Position numbers and translations under genes: made by a program
In this document: positions 22,941 to 34,905 of the stretch, piece by piece
Layout: every line of letters starts with the position of its first letter
Position numbering within the stretch: position 1 is the stretch's first letter
Notes under the pieces: generated by a model
The model's input: the letters and a program-made list of their open reading frames with translations, nothing else
Databases searched by the model: none
What the model was told of the DNA's origin: nothing
From: Felis catus
Lineage: Eukaryota
Direction: 5' to 3'
Assembly: GCF_018350175.1 (NCBI RefSeq)
Contig: NC_058382.1
Span: 53,198,001 to 53,262,000, forward strand
Length of the DNA stretch: 64,000 bases

Positions 22941-24249
22941 AAAATGTGCTTTCTGCCATGCTAGCCTCCAAAAAGACTATGTTTTTATCCATTTTAATAT
23001 GGATTTCTATTTATGATTGCCTAATAGATCTATATACATGATGGCTGTTATCACTTAGATTTTCAAAACTATAGCAAATAGTTTCTTAGTTTATCATTCG
23101 TATTTTAAATTTTGTATGTTTTGGTTTTTTGTTTTGTTTTTTTTTTGCAATGCAAGTTGTACAGTGTTTGGGAACCGACCTTATCAGTCTAGACCCTCAC
23201 TTTTCCTAGCATTAGACATTATGCTTACAAAGATCGTTCATCAGGATTAAAAACAGCTCATGTATTTTTTTCGTACAAAAGCTCTCTAGAAACTTAGAAA
23301 AAAGGGAGAAGCAATTGTCCTGATGTTATATATTAAATAGTCTATCTTGAATCCCCTGATTTGAAAGGCTAGCTTCCTAATATACTCAACTCTCACACAT
23401 AAAGCGTCCAACGCCAGAACTCTTGCCTCTGTTCCATTATGCTATTTGCCCATTCCTGCAACATGATCATATTTTAGGGAATACATTTTTATGTCCGACA
23501 GAGGAGGCCACTAACCCTCCCCTTCCCTGTCACTTAGTTTTATTTGTCATCTATTGGCTCTTCTGCACTCTGCGTCTTCCCAATGATCTTTGGAGTTAAC
23601 CTGTCATGCAAACTATCATTTAGGATCTTGATTGAAATTTCCCTCAACAGAGAGCTGAATTTGGCATGGGGTTGATGTGTTGGAAATACTTCTCCAAGTT
23701 TTATTTTTAAACTTTAAAAAAAAAACGTAATAAATTTTCTTTCATATTCCTTGTTAACATTATCCCAAGGTATCCCAACGTTTTCTTTTTTTTTTTTTTT
23801 TTTTTGGTGAGTGCCCCTCCCCCAAAAACGTTTTCCATTTTTTATTGTTCACGTTCAGACGATTGGTTTTCAAACACATCAGAACCTTTTTTTCTTCCTT
23901 TTTCTTTCTTCCTCTTTCTTCAGCTCTCTAAAGCTGGTGTCGTCGAGATCTCCTTAGACTCCTATTTACTTAACACACTTAGAAGCACACAGTAGTAAGA
24001 GTATGAAATAAGGTGCCGAAAACACCGGTGGTGATATATATTTGTGAACTTTAAGAACCTCCAGTTATTTATCTACTAAGTAGGCGTCATCATACCAATG
24101 AGTTGAGTGGCCCTTATAAAAATCAGAGTTGATATACGTCCTGTTTTTCTATTTTTAGATGTCATTAATCCACTCTCAGAGGGTACATGGCTATAGAAGA
24201 TATCTGATAGACCACTCTGATGGTACTTTCATAGGGGGTGGCATATTTA

Positions 24250-24625
24250 CTTAGGGTGCGTAAGTTGCTGTAACAAACCACCCCCAAATTTCAGTGGCTT
24301 AAGACGACCAAGATTTGTTTCTTGCTCACAGGCCAGTTCCAAGTGGGTGTTTCTGGTCAGCTGTATCCCTTGGACAGCACAGGGACCTAAGCTCCGTCCA
24401 TCTCGTGCCGCCATGCTCGTCCGGGTCCTTGGAAGCATGTCACTTCAGCCAGTAGATGGGACAGAAAGGTCATGGAGGAATTCATGGGAAGTTTTCATGG
24501 GCCATGCCAGAAAGGGTCTTTATCACCTCCCGTTTCTTCCATTGGCCTGAACGTGGTCATATGGCACATTTAGCTGCAGAGGATGCTGGGCAACGTAGTC
24601 CACCAGGTACCCAGGAAGAAGACGC
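24250..24625 (-). mobile_element. MaLR LTR (MLT1K/L-like)
   Basis: gctgtaacaaaccacccccaaatttcagtggcttaa...ccattggcc...gctgcagaggatgctggg. Confidence 0.75.
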
Positions 24626-25514
24626 CTAGGGTTTGTTTAGCGTATTGTGGTCTCTACCGTAAGCACTGTTTGGGGAAAAGACGGAGAACACGTGTGGCCA
24701 CATGGTTAGCCTGAAAACAGTCCAGGAACGAGGAGAGGGACCTAAGTAAGCAAGTCCCTTCCTCCTTTGTCCTGTGGTCTGCCTTCCTGCACCCCTGGGA
24801 TTGGGTGACCTGAGTCCTTTTTGCAAAACGAGACCTAATGTGTTTTCGGGTGGGGGGGGGCGGGGGTGGGGAGAGGGTAGAGGCCGTTTCTGGCTGTGTA
24901 ATAAGAGGTGGCAAGTCTCAAGGGCTGAAGCCCAGTTTCAAGACTCAGCTCCAACCACGCCTTACATGAGACCTCAGGCCTCCCTGAGCTGCGCCTGAAA
25001 TGGAAGCCCTACTTTCTGCACAACCAGATGGCACCTGGACCTCGGCACTCACCCGCCCCCACCCCCTGCCCCCACCAGTCCAGGTCGATCAGCGACTCCT
25101 CCCCACACGAACCCTCTGGCTCACCTCCGTTTGGGAAAAAAACGGTAACGATACTAACAAGAGCCAACACTTACCGACCCCTTACTCTACGTCAGGCACT
25201 GCGCAAAAATACTCTGCACATAGTTTCTTTTCCTTCTCGCGTCTCTCCGAGGCAGGAAATTTTATTTCCCTATTCAGGCGAGGAAACTGAGACCCACCCT
25301 AACAGGGTGAGTAAGGCACTCAAAGTCGCAAAGTGGCAGAGACGATGCAAGGAACAGCAGTGGTCGGATTCCAGAGCCCCCAGTCTGAACTACTCTACTA
25401 CGAGCTTAGAAATCCTCCCCACCACTCTGAGTTTAAAGCCTGAAATTCTTGCCCAGTTAGCAATTCCCCCCCTCTAGCAAGTCACCTCTTGTCAAGAGTG
25501 CACGCACACGCAGC

Positions 25515-25708
25515 ACAGCTCACTGATCTTCGACAAGGGCACCAAACACATCAACACACAAGGGGAAGAGGACGGGGTATTCAGTAAACGGTGCTCACAA
25601 AACTGGACATCCCACAGGCTTCAAAAATCAAACTGGGCCCTTGCAGCATATACAAAAACCAACTCAGAAGGTATTAGAGGCTCAAACCTAAGACCCCAAA
25701 CTAAAAAC
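25515..25708 (+). mobile_element. L1 ORF2 C-terminal fossil fragment
   Basis: Degraded match to the L1 ORF2 LIFDKG..FNKWC..YTKINS..LN.RP region (ctgatcttcgacaagggc...tatacaaaaaccaactca...aacctaagaccc). Confidence 0.8.
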
Positions 25709-25799
25709 GGCACACGCAGGTACACCCACACACATCGGCACGCCCGCCTGTGCATTCACACACCCAGCACAGAGCACGTTCTGTCCATTCTGGACACGC

Positions 25800-26440
25800 T
25801 AACAATTCATTCCTGTAGTCGGTCGTGCTTACTTGCCTTTGGACCTGTAACAGACGTTGACTGAGCACCAGGCACAGCCAGGCACTGACGTGGGTACCAG
25901 GGACGCTATTTCAGGTACTTGCCTCTATTAAATTTCTCTTCTTATGGGGAAGACAGACACTAAGCACAGAACACAGGAACACGCATTTTGGGGTTTTGCT
26001 TAGCGCTATGAGGGTACATAAACCAGGGTCAGGGTTTGGAGACTGGTGGTGGATAGGGCTGTGTCCATCAGGGGGCTCAGGGAAGGCCCACCCCAGGGAA
26101 TGAGTACCGTCGTCGACGGGCATCTTCGGCACAGCCCCCTAAGGCTCGAGAAGAAAACCATCTGAGCCAGAAGAAATGGCCAACACAAAGGCCCCAAGCG
26201 AGAAGAAGCTAGTTTAAGGAACAGAGGGAAGGTCCTTGTGGCCGGAAAGCAAAGAGCAAGGCAGAAGGTGCCAGAGATGGGCTAGGAGAAGCAGCCAGGG
26301 CTGCATCCCACAAGGCCCTGGGCCGTGGCAAGGAGTTGAGCTTGAATCTCCAGGCGGTGGAAGGTGCTGGATGGTGTTAAGCAAGGTAATGATAGGATCT
26401 GATTTACATTTTAATAAGATCACTCTTGCCGCTCTTGGTT
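25800..26440 (-). mobile_element. L2 LINE 3' fragment
   Basis: ttcattc...ttgactgagcacc...ccaggcactg...gatctgatttacattttaataagatcactct. Confidence 0.75.
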
Positions 26441-26999
26441 AAACGCCAACTTCTCTTGACACACTGAAAGCCTTCCTTCCAGCCCTGTTTGAAGACAGCG
26501 GGAGCAGACACCATTAACATCCAATGACAATTGGATTTGAAAACCCCACGTCTCATATGAATTATGGCAAACTTGCGTGGCAGGTAACATCAACATTACC
26601 CAGCTGCCACACCAAATATCCTCACTGGGTCCTGTGCATTATGGAAACCGGAACTGAGCATATCGTCAGGCTCCGACGAGGACTGAGCGTGGCACACATT
26701 CTCTTTGTCAAGTCCAACCCTTCCTGGACCTTTCATCAGCCAGGAGAGGTGGGCACGTCTGACGTCCAGGTTGGCATCGGGTATGCAAATACGTGATTTT
26801 TTCAAAATCCGTGGGCCGCTCTTTTGGAAAATTCCTTACATTTTTTCCTCAACTCCATTAACATATTTTTTTTGTCTCTTGACGTAGTGGATCCCACTGC
26901 GAACTTGAAAACGTGGCCGGGTTTCTAAATTAGTCGCTTCTGCAGGTGTGCTAGTCTATTACGCATCATCCCACCCTAAAACAAATGCAAACTGACACT

Positions 27000-28140
27000 G
27001 CTTCTGTAAGAAGAGCGTTAGGAGACAAAACCCTGGAAAGCGCTGAGGCTTGCAAAAAAAGGCTAAGGACGATAAAAAGGGCTTTTCGAGCTATGTTTGG
27101 AGCAAGAAGGAAAAGGAAAGGATTGGGAGAAGATGATGCAATTCGAACAGATGACAGTAAGAAAGCAGAAGTTCTGGGCTTTTATCTGCCTCCACCTTCT
27201 CCCCCGGGGAGCAGTCTCTAAAGCTGGAAACGATCACATACGCGTGGCTGAGGACGAATTAATAAGCATGAATCGGGTACAGGGGCACAAGGGTAGTGCA
27301 CCCACCAGGGGTAGTGACTCAGGTGACTTCCGGCACCGGGCGGGCGGGTTACAAGCGTGAGGTGTGCGGGTGCAGCTGGTGGGGGCAGAGGGAGTCTGAG
27401 TGAGAGGGTCCAGCGGGCAGTGACCCAGCAGGCCGAGCGGCGCAGCCCCACCCTGAAATCTTCCAGATAAGCCAGACCCTGAGTGATTTTATACTTGAGT
27501 TGCCCAGGTTTTGCAAATGCTGACGGGAAATGCAGAATTTGTTCAAAGCACCATGCAGACCCCCAAAAAACACCTGCATCCACGGGGTAGGCTCGGCCCA
27601 AGGCCGACACTTTGGAAATCTGTGCTAAGTCAGTGCGGGCTACCTGGAAGATGGCTTCACTGCCTACTCCAAGAGCTGGTGGTCAGCAACAGGGCCACGA
27701 AGGGTTGCAGGAAATGTCCAGAGTTTCCAAAAGGGTTAAGGTGCATTCCCCAAAGCAGGCGAGCCCTTGAGCCTGATTTCCGGCAAATTCAAGAACGGGG
27801 TACTAACGACAGTGAGCACGACAAGAAAGACAGGTGTGGGCCTTATTGCCAGGATGGCTTGGGTAAGATCAGGGGCGCCTCAGAAGGTCTACCGGACCAG
27901 GAGTTGGAGCAAATCGCGTAGAAATGGCTTAAAGCTACAGCCGAGGAGAGATGTGGCAGACTTTCTGGTGATTGTAGCTACATGCGTAGCTGGATGACCA
28001 TTCAAATCCCAAAGATGCTGATTAATGGATCAACAGAACAGCCAGCAGGGAGAAAGCCTTCAGCGACTGCTAACATCTTAAGGATTTTCATCAACTTCCT
28101 TCATTTCAAGTTCTTCTGGATGAAAAACAGACGGATGGCA
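27000..28140 (+). mobile_element. L3/CR1 LINE fossil (ORF2 RT-proximal region, fragmented)
   Basis: Peptide remnants in CR1 order: AKDDKKGFSSYVWSK, GEDDAIRTDDSKKAEVL, LSLISGKF, SW..QIPKMLINGS. Confidence 0.75.
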
Positions 28141-29067
28141 GAATTTTTTTTTTTTTAAGCTGACTGATACGGGTTTACATTTCCACTATCACAAGCTGCA
28201 CGGCCTTGGCCAGCTCACTTCCTATCTGTGATGCTCGATTTACTTTCTGGCAAAGTGGGAGCTATAGAAGGTTCTATCTCCAACAGGTGCCGCGAAGCCT
28301 AAGTGCAGAGATACAGTGAAGGGCTTGACATGGTACCTTCTCATGGATATAATTTCCCACATGTGCTGGCATCTCCCGCCAGCCTTGGGACAGATAACTG
28401 AGGGGTTCAGGGCGATGGGCTGTGACGTCTGTAGGAATCAAGAGTGACTCTTAGGCATCAGTAATGCCCGTCAATGCCAACCCACTCACAGTGGTTCTCA
28501 TCGGGCTTCATCGCTTAAGGCTGCTGGCTTGGGCTCTGTTTCGAAAAGAACAATGAAAAACGACCAAGCGATCTCGGAGAGGGGTTCTGGGATGCAAGAA
28601 ATTTTAAGAAAGACATGAAACCCTGAATGAGAGCTGGCTTCCCACGCTAACCCAGAGACCCTGGCGGCAAAGGGCAGCCCGTGCTGGGATACGGCCCTCA
28701 CAGCTGGTTGTCAGCAAAGACGTTTTGAGAGCACGTGCTCATCTCAGTCGCTGTGCGGATAAATGACGTGTGCGGCGACAGGCAGCAAAATCCTGAAGAA
28801 GACAGCATGCGTTCTGGTTCACCAGAGTCTCGGGTGACCACTCAACGTGGCACCTTTCACGCCCTGGGGACGAATTACCTCGTTAGAGGGACACAGGGGA
28901 TTTCAAATCCACTTCAAGGCAACCGAGGCGATGGCTGGGGAGTCAGATTTCCAGAAGGGAACAGAGTCTCAGAGCTCGAGGCCTGGCGGGTACCGTCCGG
29001 GCCACGGTCTGTCTGTTCTCACCGCAAGCAGATTGTTCCCTTAAACTGCAGCTGGAAAGATCTTTTC

Positions 29068-29306
29068 TTTTTTTTTTTTATTTATTTATTTATTTTTTTT
29101 TTTCAACGTTTATTTATTTTTGGGACAGAGAGAGACAGAGCATGAACGGGGGAGGGGCAGAGAGAGAGGGAGACACAGAATCGGAAACAGGCTCCAGGCT
29201 CCGAGCCATCAGCCCAGAGCCCGACGCGGGGCTCGAACTCCCGGACCGCGAGATCGTGACCTGGCTGAAGTCGGACGCTTCACCGACTGCGCCACCCAGG
29301 CGCCCC
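29068..29306 (-). mobile_element. Young feline Can-SINE
   Basis: Perfect TSD TGGAAAGATCTTTTC at 29053-29067 and 29307-29321. Confidence 0.97.
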
Positions 29307-29802
29307 TGGAAAGATCTTTTCAATATACGTATAGGGTTCTGTTGGTGGCCTCTAAGGACGCCAGCCTCCCAGACTCTCTTTCCCTGGTCCTTCCTTCCAG
29401 TTTCTACTCCATTCCTTCCGGAGGCTTCTCTCACCTCCCTAATTAGGTCCAGTACCCCTGTCAGAGCCTCTGGTTGCCTCGATCATAATATCACCTCTAG
29501 ATCCGTCTAGCCCTCCAGGTGGGAGGCTCCAGGCAGGCAGGCACCCAGCTGTGTTCCTCCCATTACAAAGGGAGGTGACACATACTGGGGGCTTACTGGG
29601 TTGAGTGTTACCCAGGCACGAGGAATCACTTGCTGCTTGCAGAGATCCTCTGAATTAGGCTCTGTTACTATTCCCTTTTTATGTAAACATCAAGTCAAAG
29701 CGGAGGCTTGGCTCCATCAAGGAAGCTGCCCGAAGCCACAAAGCTTAGTAAACGACATCTGCACCCAGAGGATTCCGGAGCTTGAACTCTTTACTTGTAG
29801 GC

Positions 29803-29986
29803 CAGTTGTTTCCAGAACCGGGTCCCTGGACCGCCACCAGGAGCATCGCCTGGGCCTCGTTAACATGCAGACTTGGGGCCCCACCCCACACCCACCAGGT
29901 CACAAACTCTGGACTGAGGCCCGTGGAGGCGGATCCTACCAACTTTTCCAGGGGGTTCTGCTGCAGCCTCGGGCTCGGAAACCATG
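29803..29986. mobile_element. MER5A-like hAT DNA transposon fossil
   Basis: gtccctggacc...agcatcgcctggg...ttaacatgcaga...ggccccacccca...ggttctgctgca...gaaacca. Confidence 0.7.
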
Positions 29987-31305
29987 CCCCAAAGCCGTAT
30001 TTCCATCTTATTAAGGGTCCACGTTCTAGGCACGTAATAATATGTTTAAATAGGAAAGGGAGGAAGGGGAAGCAAAGAAAGCAAACCTCTCCCAAAACCT
30101 CTTCCAAAAGAATATTCCAAAGCAAGACGATGATGCTGGTGGCTGGGGGGGGGGGGGGGGGGGGGAGGAGGGTTCTGCCGAGGCTTGACCATACTTTAAT
30201 CTCCAAATTGCAAAAACATTAACATTATTGATTGATCAGACATCAATCCAACAGAAATTTAATTAAATTAGAATGTGTCACCGAGCAGACCTGGCTGCAT
30301 CAGGCATAAATCTCAGGTAATAAGTTGACAAAGAGACAGCCCCCGCTGATGCCCGGCCTGGCTGAAGCCATCGGCCGCCATCGTCCCTTCCCCGGGCTTC
30401 CAGGGGGCCCCGCGCACTGTCACATGGATGGGACAGGTGAGACGGAGTGAGCTCCTGATTTATGGCACGCACGGAGTCCCCAGCAGCGTGGCGTCCAAGG
30501 AGTGCCTTCTCCCGCGTGATTTACCGCTGCCCTGGGCCAGCCTGCCAGCGCCGGGGGGATGCCCCTGCCCGAGTCCAGCCCTCGGCGAAAAGTGCTGACC
30601 ACGGTTGCATCTCCTGGGTGAGAGGATTAGCACTCGGGGTGTCCTCACAGCAAATGTGTCCTCTGGAGGAAGCCAAGTCCTGGGAGGGAGGGCAGAGCCC
30701 TGCTCTTGTTTGGTCTGTCTGCCCTCACCTCGAGAATGTATTTTGGTGGCAGTGAGCAGTTGCACCTGCTGTCCCAGAAACAGGGCTGGAGCGGCCCCAG
30801 AGCGCTCCGGCCTCAAGGCACACGTATCCTCAATTTGCCCAGCTCCGCCTCGCCCCGGACAGGCCAGGGGCGTTGGCACCGGCGACAGGGCAGAGCACGC
30901 TGGGAGGCCCCCGTGCCTGGGGAGGTCCCAACGCTTTGGGGGAAGGGGAAGGGGGTGGCTGAGGACAGGATAGTCCAGGGGGCAGAAAAGAAACCAGAGA
31001 AGTGAGCGCTCCAGGGAGCGTTATAAATCACGCGGGCTATTCTTGTCCCGGGTCAGTAAGGCTACAAGGAGGAAACCCTTCTAATGGAGATCTCTTGTAC
31101 TTGATCCTCCTGTTTTCTCTGAGTGCCTTGAATCGAAGGCAGGCTCGAACCGCCTTTTTCATAGCCATCTTCCAGCTACGAAAGCATGCCGCCGTAGGGA
31201 CAAGCAGATGTTCGGGAGAAGCTACAGGCTGCCCGCAGGCTAGCAGGCATTTATTCCTTAACCCCATTCATGGTGTGTCCCAGGCGGCCAGGCCTTGCTC
31301 TAAAG

Positions 31306-31522
31306 CAGAAGTCAGGAAGCTACAGCCCCGCAGGCCCACGCCGGCCCGCCACTTGTTTTTGTAAATAAAGTTTTATCGGAACATAGCCATGCTTGCCCGA
31401 CGGCCTATTGTCTATGGCTGCTTTCGCGTCACAAGCTTCTCTGCGGTCGCAGGGAACGTGTGGGCCGCAAAGCTGAAAACGCTGAACGACCGTACCTTTG
31501 CGGAAAAAGGGCGCTGACCCGG
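31306..31522. mobile_element. MER58A-like hAT DNA transposon fossil
   Basis: tgtttttgtaaataaagttttatcggaacatagccatgc...tattgtctatggctgctttcgc. Confidence 0.85.
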
Positions 31523-33874
31523 AGGCTCAAGAAACGGAGACCGGCTAAGAACAGGGCACGCAGAACGCAGAATGTAGCTCGGGATTTAGACAGATCAGGG
31601 CCTGAAGACGGCTGCTCCCGTCTAGTAGCTGTGTGGCCTTGGGTGAGTCCAATTACCGCTCTTAGCTTCCATTTCCTCCCCTGTAAAGGGGGATACTCAA
31701 ATTGTCTACTCTCCTGAACAATATGAAGGTACAGTATGCTACGGCATGAAAAAATGGTCACGGCAGAGGCAGACACTTTTACACACGGGGCTTCAGTCAA
31801 GCTCACAAGTCCCCCCCCCGATAATAGGTACTCGTGTTATTCCCATGATACAGACACCCGTTAGCTGAGATTCAAAGAGTTAATAACATAAATATGCCAT
31901 CTCAACCTTACTCAGAAATGCAGAGTCAGCTTCTTCTCTTCCCCATCCCCCACCCCCGCCCGTATATTTATAAGGAAAGACATTTCATCACACGACCGAG
32001 CAGCACTGGCATTTTTCCGGGACGTGCTTACTGCTGGAACGTGAAGGATGTCCCAATAGATCATGTGAGCGAGGGAGATAGGAACACTGGTTCTGAGGAA
32101 GTAGGAACTTCCTTCAAATGTCCCTTTCCTTTGTCCTCTGAACCCCAACAGTCGGCCCGGTTGGATCCTTGCCAACAGGGACGCCCATCCGCCTTTTCCT
32201 GGCAGAGCTGGTCCGTGGGTGCAGGGCAAGGCACGGTGCGGGGCCCCAGCTGGGGGCATGGCCACAAGGGTGTCTCGCCTCCCAGGGGCTAGAGAAAGTG
32301 TGAGGGAAGCACAGGACCAGAGGGGTGACGTCCAGTCCCACAGTGAGCTCCCTTCCAGAAAGCAGGGTCCTGTCTTCTACACGAGGCAACTACCATCACC
32401 GATGACAACAGCAGCCAACATTTGTTAATTTGCTCTTGCCAGGTGCTGTGTCAAGCCCAATTTAATTAATTCTCACGACAACCTCGGGTTGTAGGTTTTA
32501 TCATTCTGTCCGTTTTCTACTAAGAAAATGGAGATTAAACGACTCCCCGTATTATAGGAAGGGGATCCACGATCCCACTGTGCAACATGGCGCTTGAAGT
32601 GGATGGATAGATGACCCAGAGCTATGTGACTCCAGAACTCGCGCTCTCTACCACTACGCACCCCTGTGTCTTATTCACCTTTGTATTCTGAGAACCCGAC
32701 GCAGTGAGAGGCACTCTGGTTATTTGATTTACTGCGAAAGGACAGAAGACTGGAATCACCAACACCGAGGTTTCTTTCAGGTCTGTTACCAGCTGGGCAA
32801 GACACATTATGGAGATAATGGTTATCTACCTCCTGTGGGGGGCCACGAAGAATAGAGACGAGAGGGTGGATGGGTGGGTGGATGGATGGCTAAAATGTGT
32901 TACTTAACGCTTGGAAGATAGCAGGTGGTAAGTGGTAGCCACCATTAGGGTCATGTTCATTAATGTCACACCATCCCCAACCAAATTGTCCTGATAACTC
33001 GTGCAGATGTTTGTTGAACGAATTCCTAGGGAAGTGTCATTTTACAGGTCCGTGTTTTTTGGACTTTCCTACTGGCCTGCTTCCTGATCACGGTCATTCT
33101 GCCGAGGGAGAAGGACACAGCAAGGGTAGGGTGGTGAGACAGAAGGAGTATCTATGTTTTACAACAGAGCTTCTAGGCCTATGAGTCTGAATTTTTTTTC
33201 TTCTTCTTTCCCTCTTGTCTCACGGATCCTAAAAGATCCAGGGAAATCCCACGGAGCTTGGCAGAATTCTCAACTGCAAATTTTCCGCATGCTCTGGGTT
33301 AAAGGCAGAGGGTTAAGAATGCTGAGATTGAATAAACAAAGATTTTCAGACGCTATTACCCAGGTCATCATGCCTTATTTCTGGGGGCACCAGGGCGTTT
33401 GCTATTCCCCTCACTTTGCACACATAAAAACCTGAGACTCAGAGATACCCTATGCTTCTGTTAGGATGTCTGGCAAGTGGCCACGTCAGGAATGGAGCAT
33501 GACAGGTGGTCCATTTCCTCCCTTATTGTTGTGTATTATCAGGTTTTCCATAATAGGTGCAATTCACGTTTATTACAAGAGGAAAACACTTGTAAAAAGA
33601 TGACACAAGGAACACCATAAACAACTTGGGGGGGGGGTGTGTCCTCGTGAAGCACATCCTTGCAGGAGATAAGATGTGCTTCCTAGTAGGGAAAGAGCCC
33701 ACAGCCCCCTCCCTCATTTCTCCCCTAACTCAGCAGGTCTTCTGTCCTCTGCTCTAACGTCGTTTCTAAGGAGCCACTCTGCGTAAGGGTCCACATTCAG
33801 TCTTACAGGAAAGCTCCCACAGCAAAGACTCCCAGCCAGCCCTCAAGTGGAAAGAACTGCAGTACATGGAAAAG

Positions 33875-34440
33875 CGACCAATTGCCATCAGACCCCCAGC
33901 AATTCCGCTCCCAGAAATCTACCCAAGAGACATGAAAACGCAGGTCCACGCAAACATTCACAGAAGTAGTATTCATGATAGTCCAAGAAGTGGAAATAAC
34001 CCAAGTACGTACCGACTGGTGAAGAAACAAATAAAATACGCTCCAGCCATACAATGGCGTATTACTTGGCAATAAAAAGGAACAAAATATTGAAACAGGC
34101 CACCTAATGGACGAGCCTCACAAACACTACACGCTAAGTAAAGAAGCCAGTCACAAAAAGCATGTAATTTATGATTCCATTTACATGAAATGTCCAGAAA
34201 AGGCAAATCTATAGAGCCAGATAAGTGGTTACTGGGGGCTCGGAGGGAGGGAAGGAATGGGGGTTGACTGCTAAGCGGTAGGGGGGCCTTCCTTTTGGGG
34301 TGATGAAAATGTTCTGAAAATCAGAGTGATGGTTGCACAGCTTTAGAGATGTACTAAAACCTATTAAATTTTACTCCCTAAACAGGTGAATTTCACGGTC
34401 TATATATAAATTATATCTCAGTAAAGCTATTTAAAAAGAA
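33875..34440 (+). mobile_element. L1MB-type 3' end
   Basis: ccagcaattccgctcc...aagaagccagtcacaaaa...tatgattccatttacatgaaatgtccagaaaaggcaaatctataga...ttatatctcagtaaagct. Confidence 0.9.
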
Positions 34441-34509
34441 CTACAACAACCTGCCACAGAAGGACGCCAGTGTTAGAGGTGGGTCAATCCAGCCAATCAG
34501 CTATGAACA

Positions 34510-34905
34510 GCCATGTTCCCAGGACCAGCATGGACAAAACATCATTCCTGTCCTTACCTTACCGAGCTTGCATTCTGGAGGAGAAGGGCAGACAATAAGT
34601 GCAGAAATATATACACACTGCGAGCTGGAATAAGAGAACGGGGAAAGAAACAAAGCCGAGTAATGGGCTGTAAAGTTGGGGATGCTTTTTTCTGTAGTGC
34701 CGAGGAAAGCTTTCTGATAAAGCAACTTTGCGAGCAGAGAGCTGGAGGGAGCAATGGAGGGAACAGAGGTGACACCTTCTAGGCAGAGGGGGCAGAAAGT
34801 GCAGAAGCCCAAAGGCTAACACAGGCTTATGGAGAAACAGCTATGTTTCACTGAAGAGGCGATGTTAGAGCTGGGCTTTGAAGGGTGAATAGGAGTTCCC
34901 TGGCA
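34510..34905 (-). mobile_element. L2 fragment
   Basis: gagcttgcattctggaggaga...cagacaataa...tctaggcagaggg...gtgcagaagccc. Confidence 0.65.

Noticed and set aside
29114..29510. Recurrent ORFs such as MNGGGAEREGDTESETGSRL and GAWVAQSVK...SSSPASGS
   Set aside because: Translations of Can-SINE copies, seen at many SINE loci in this window
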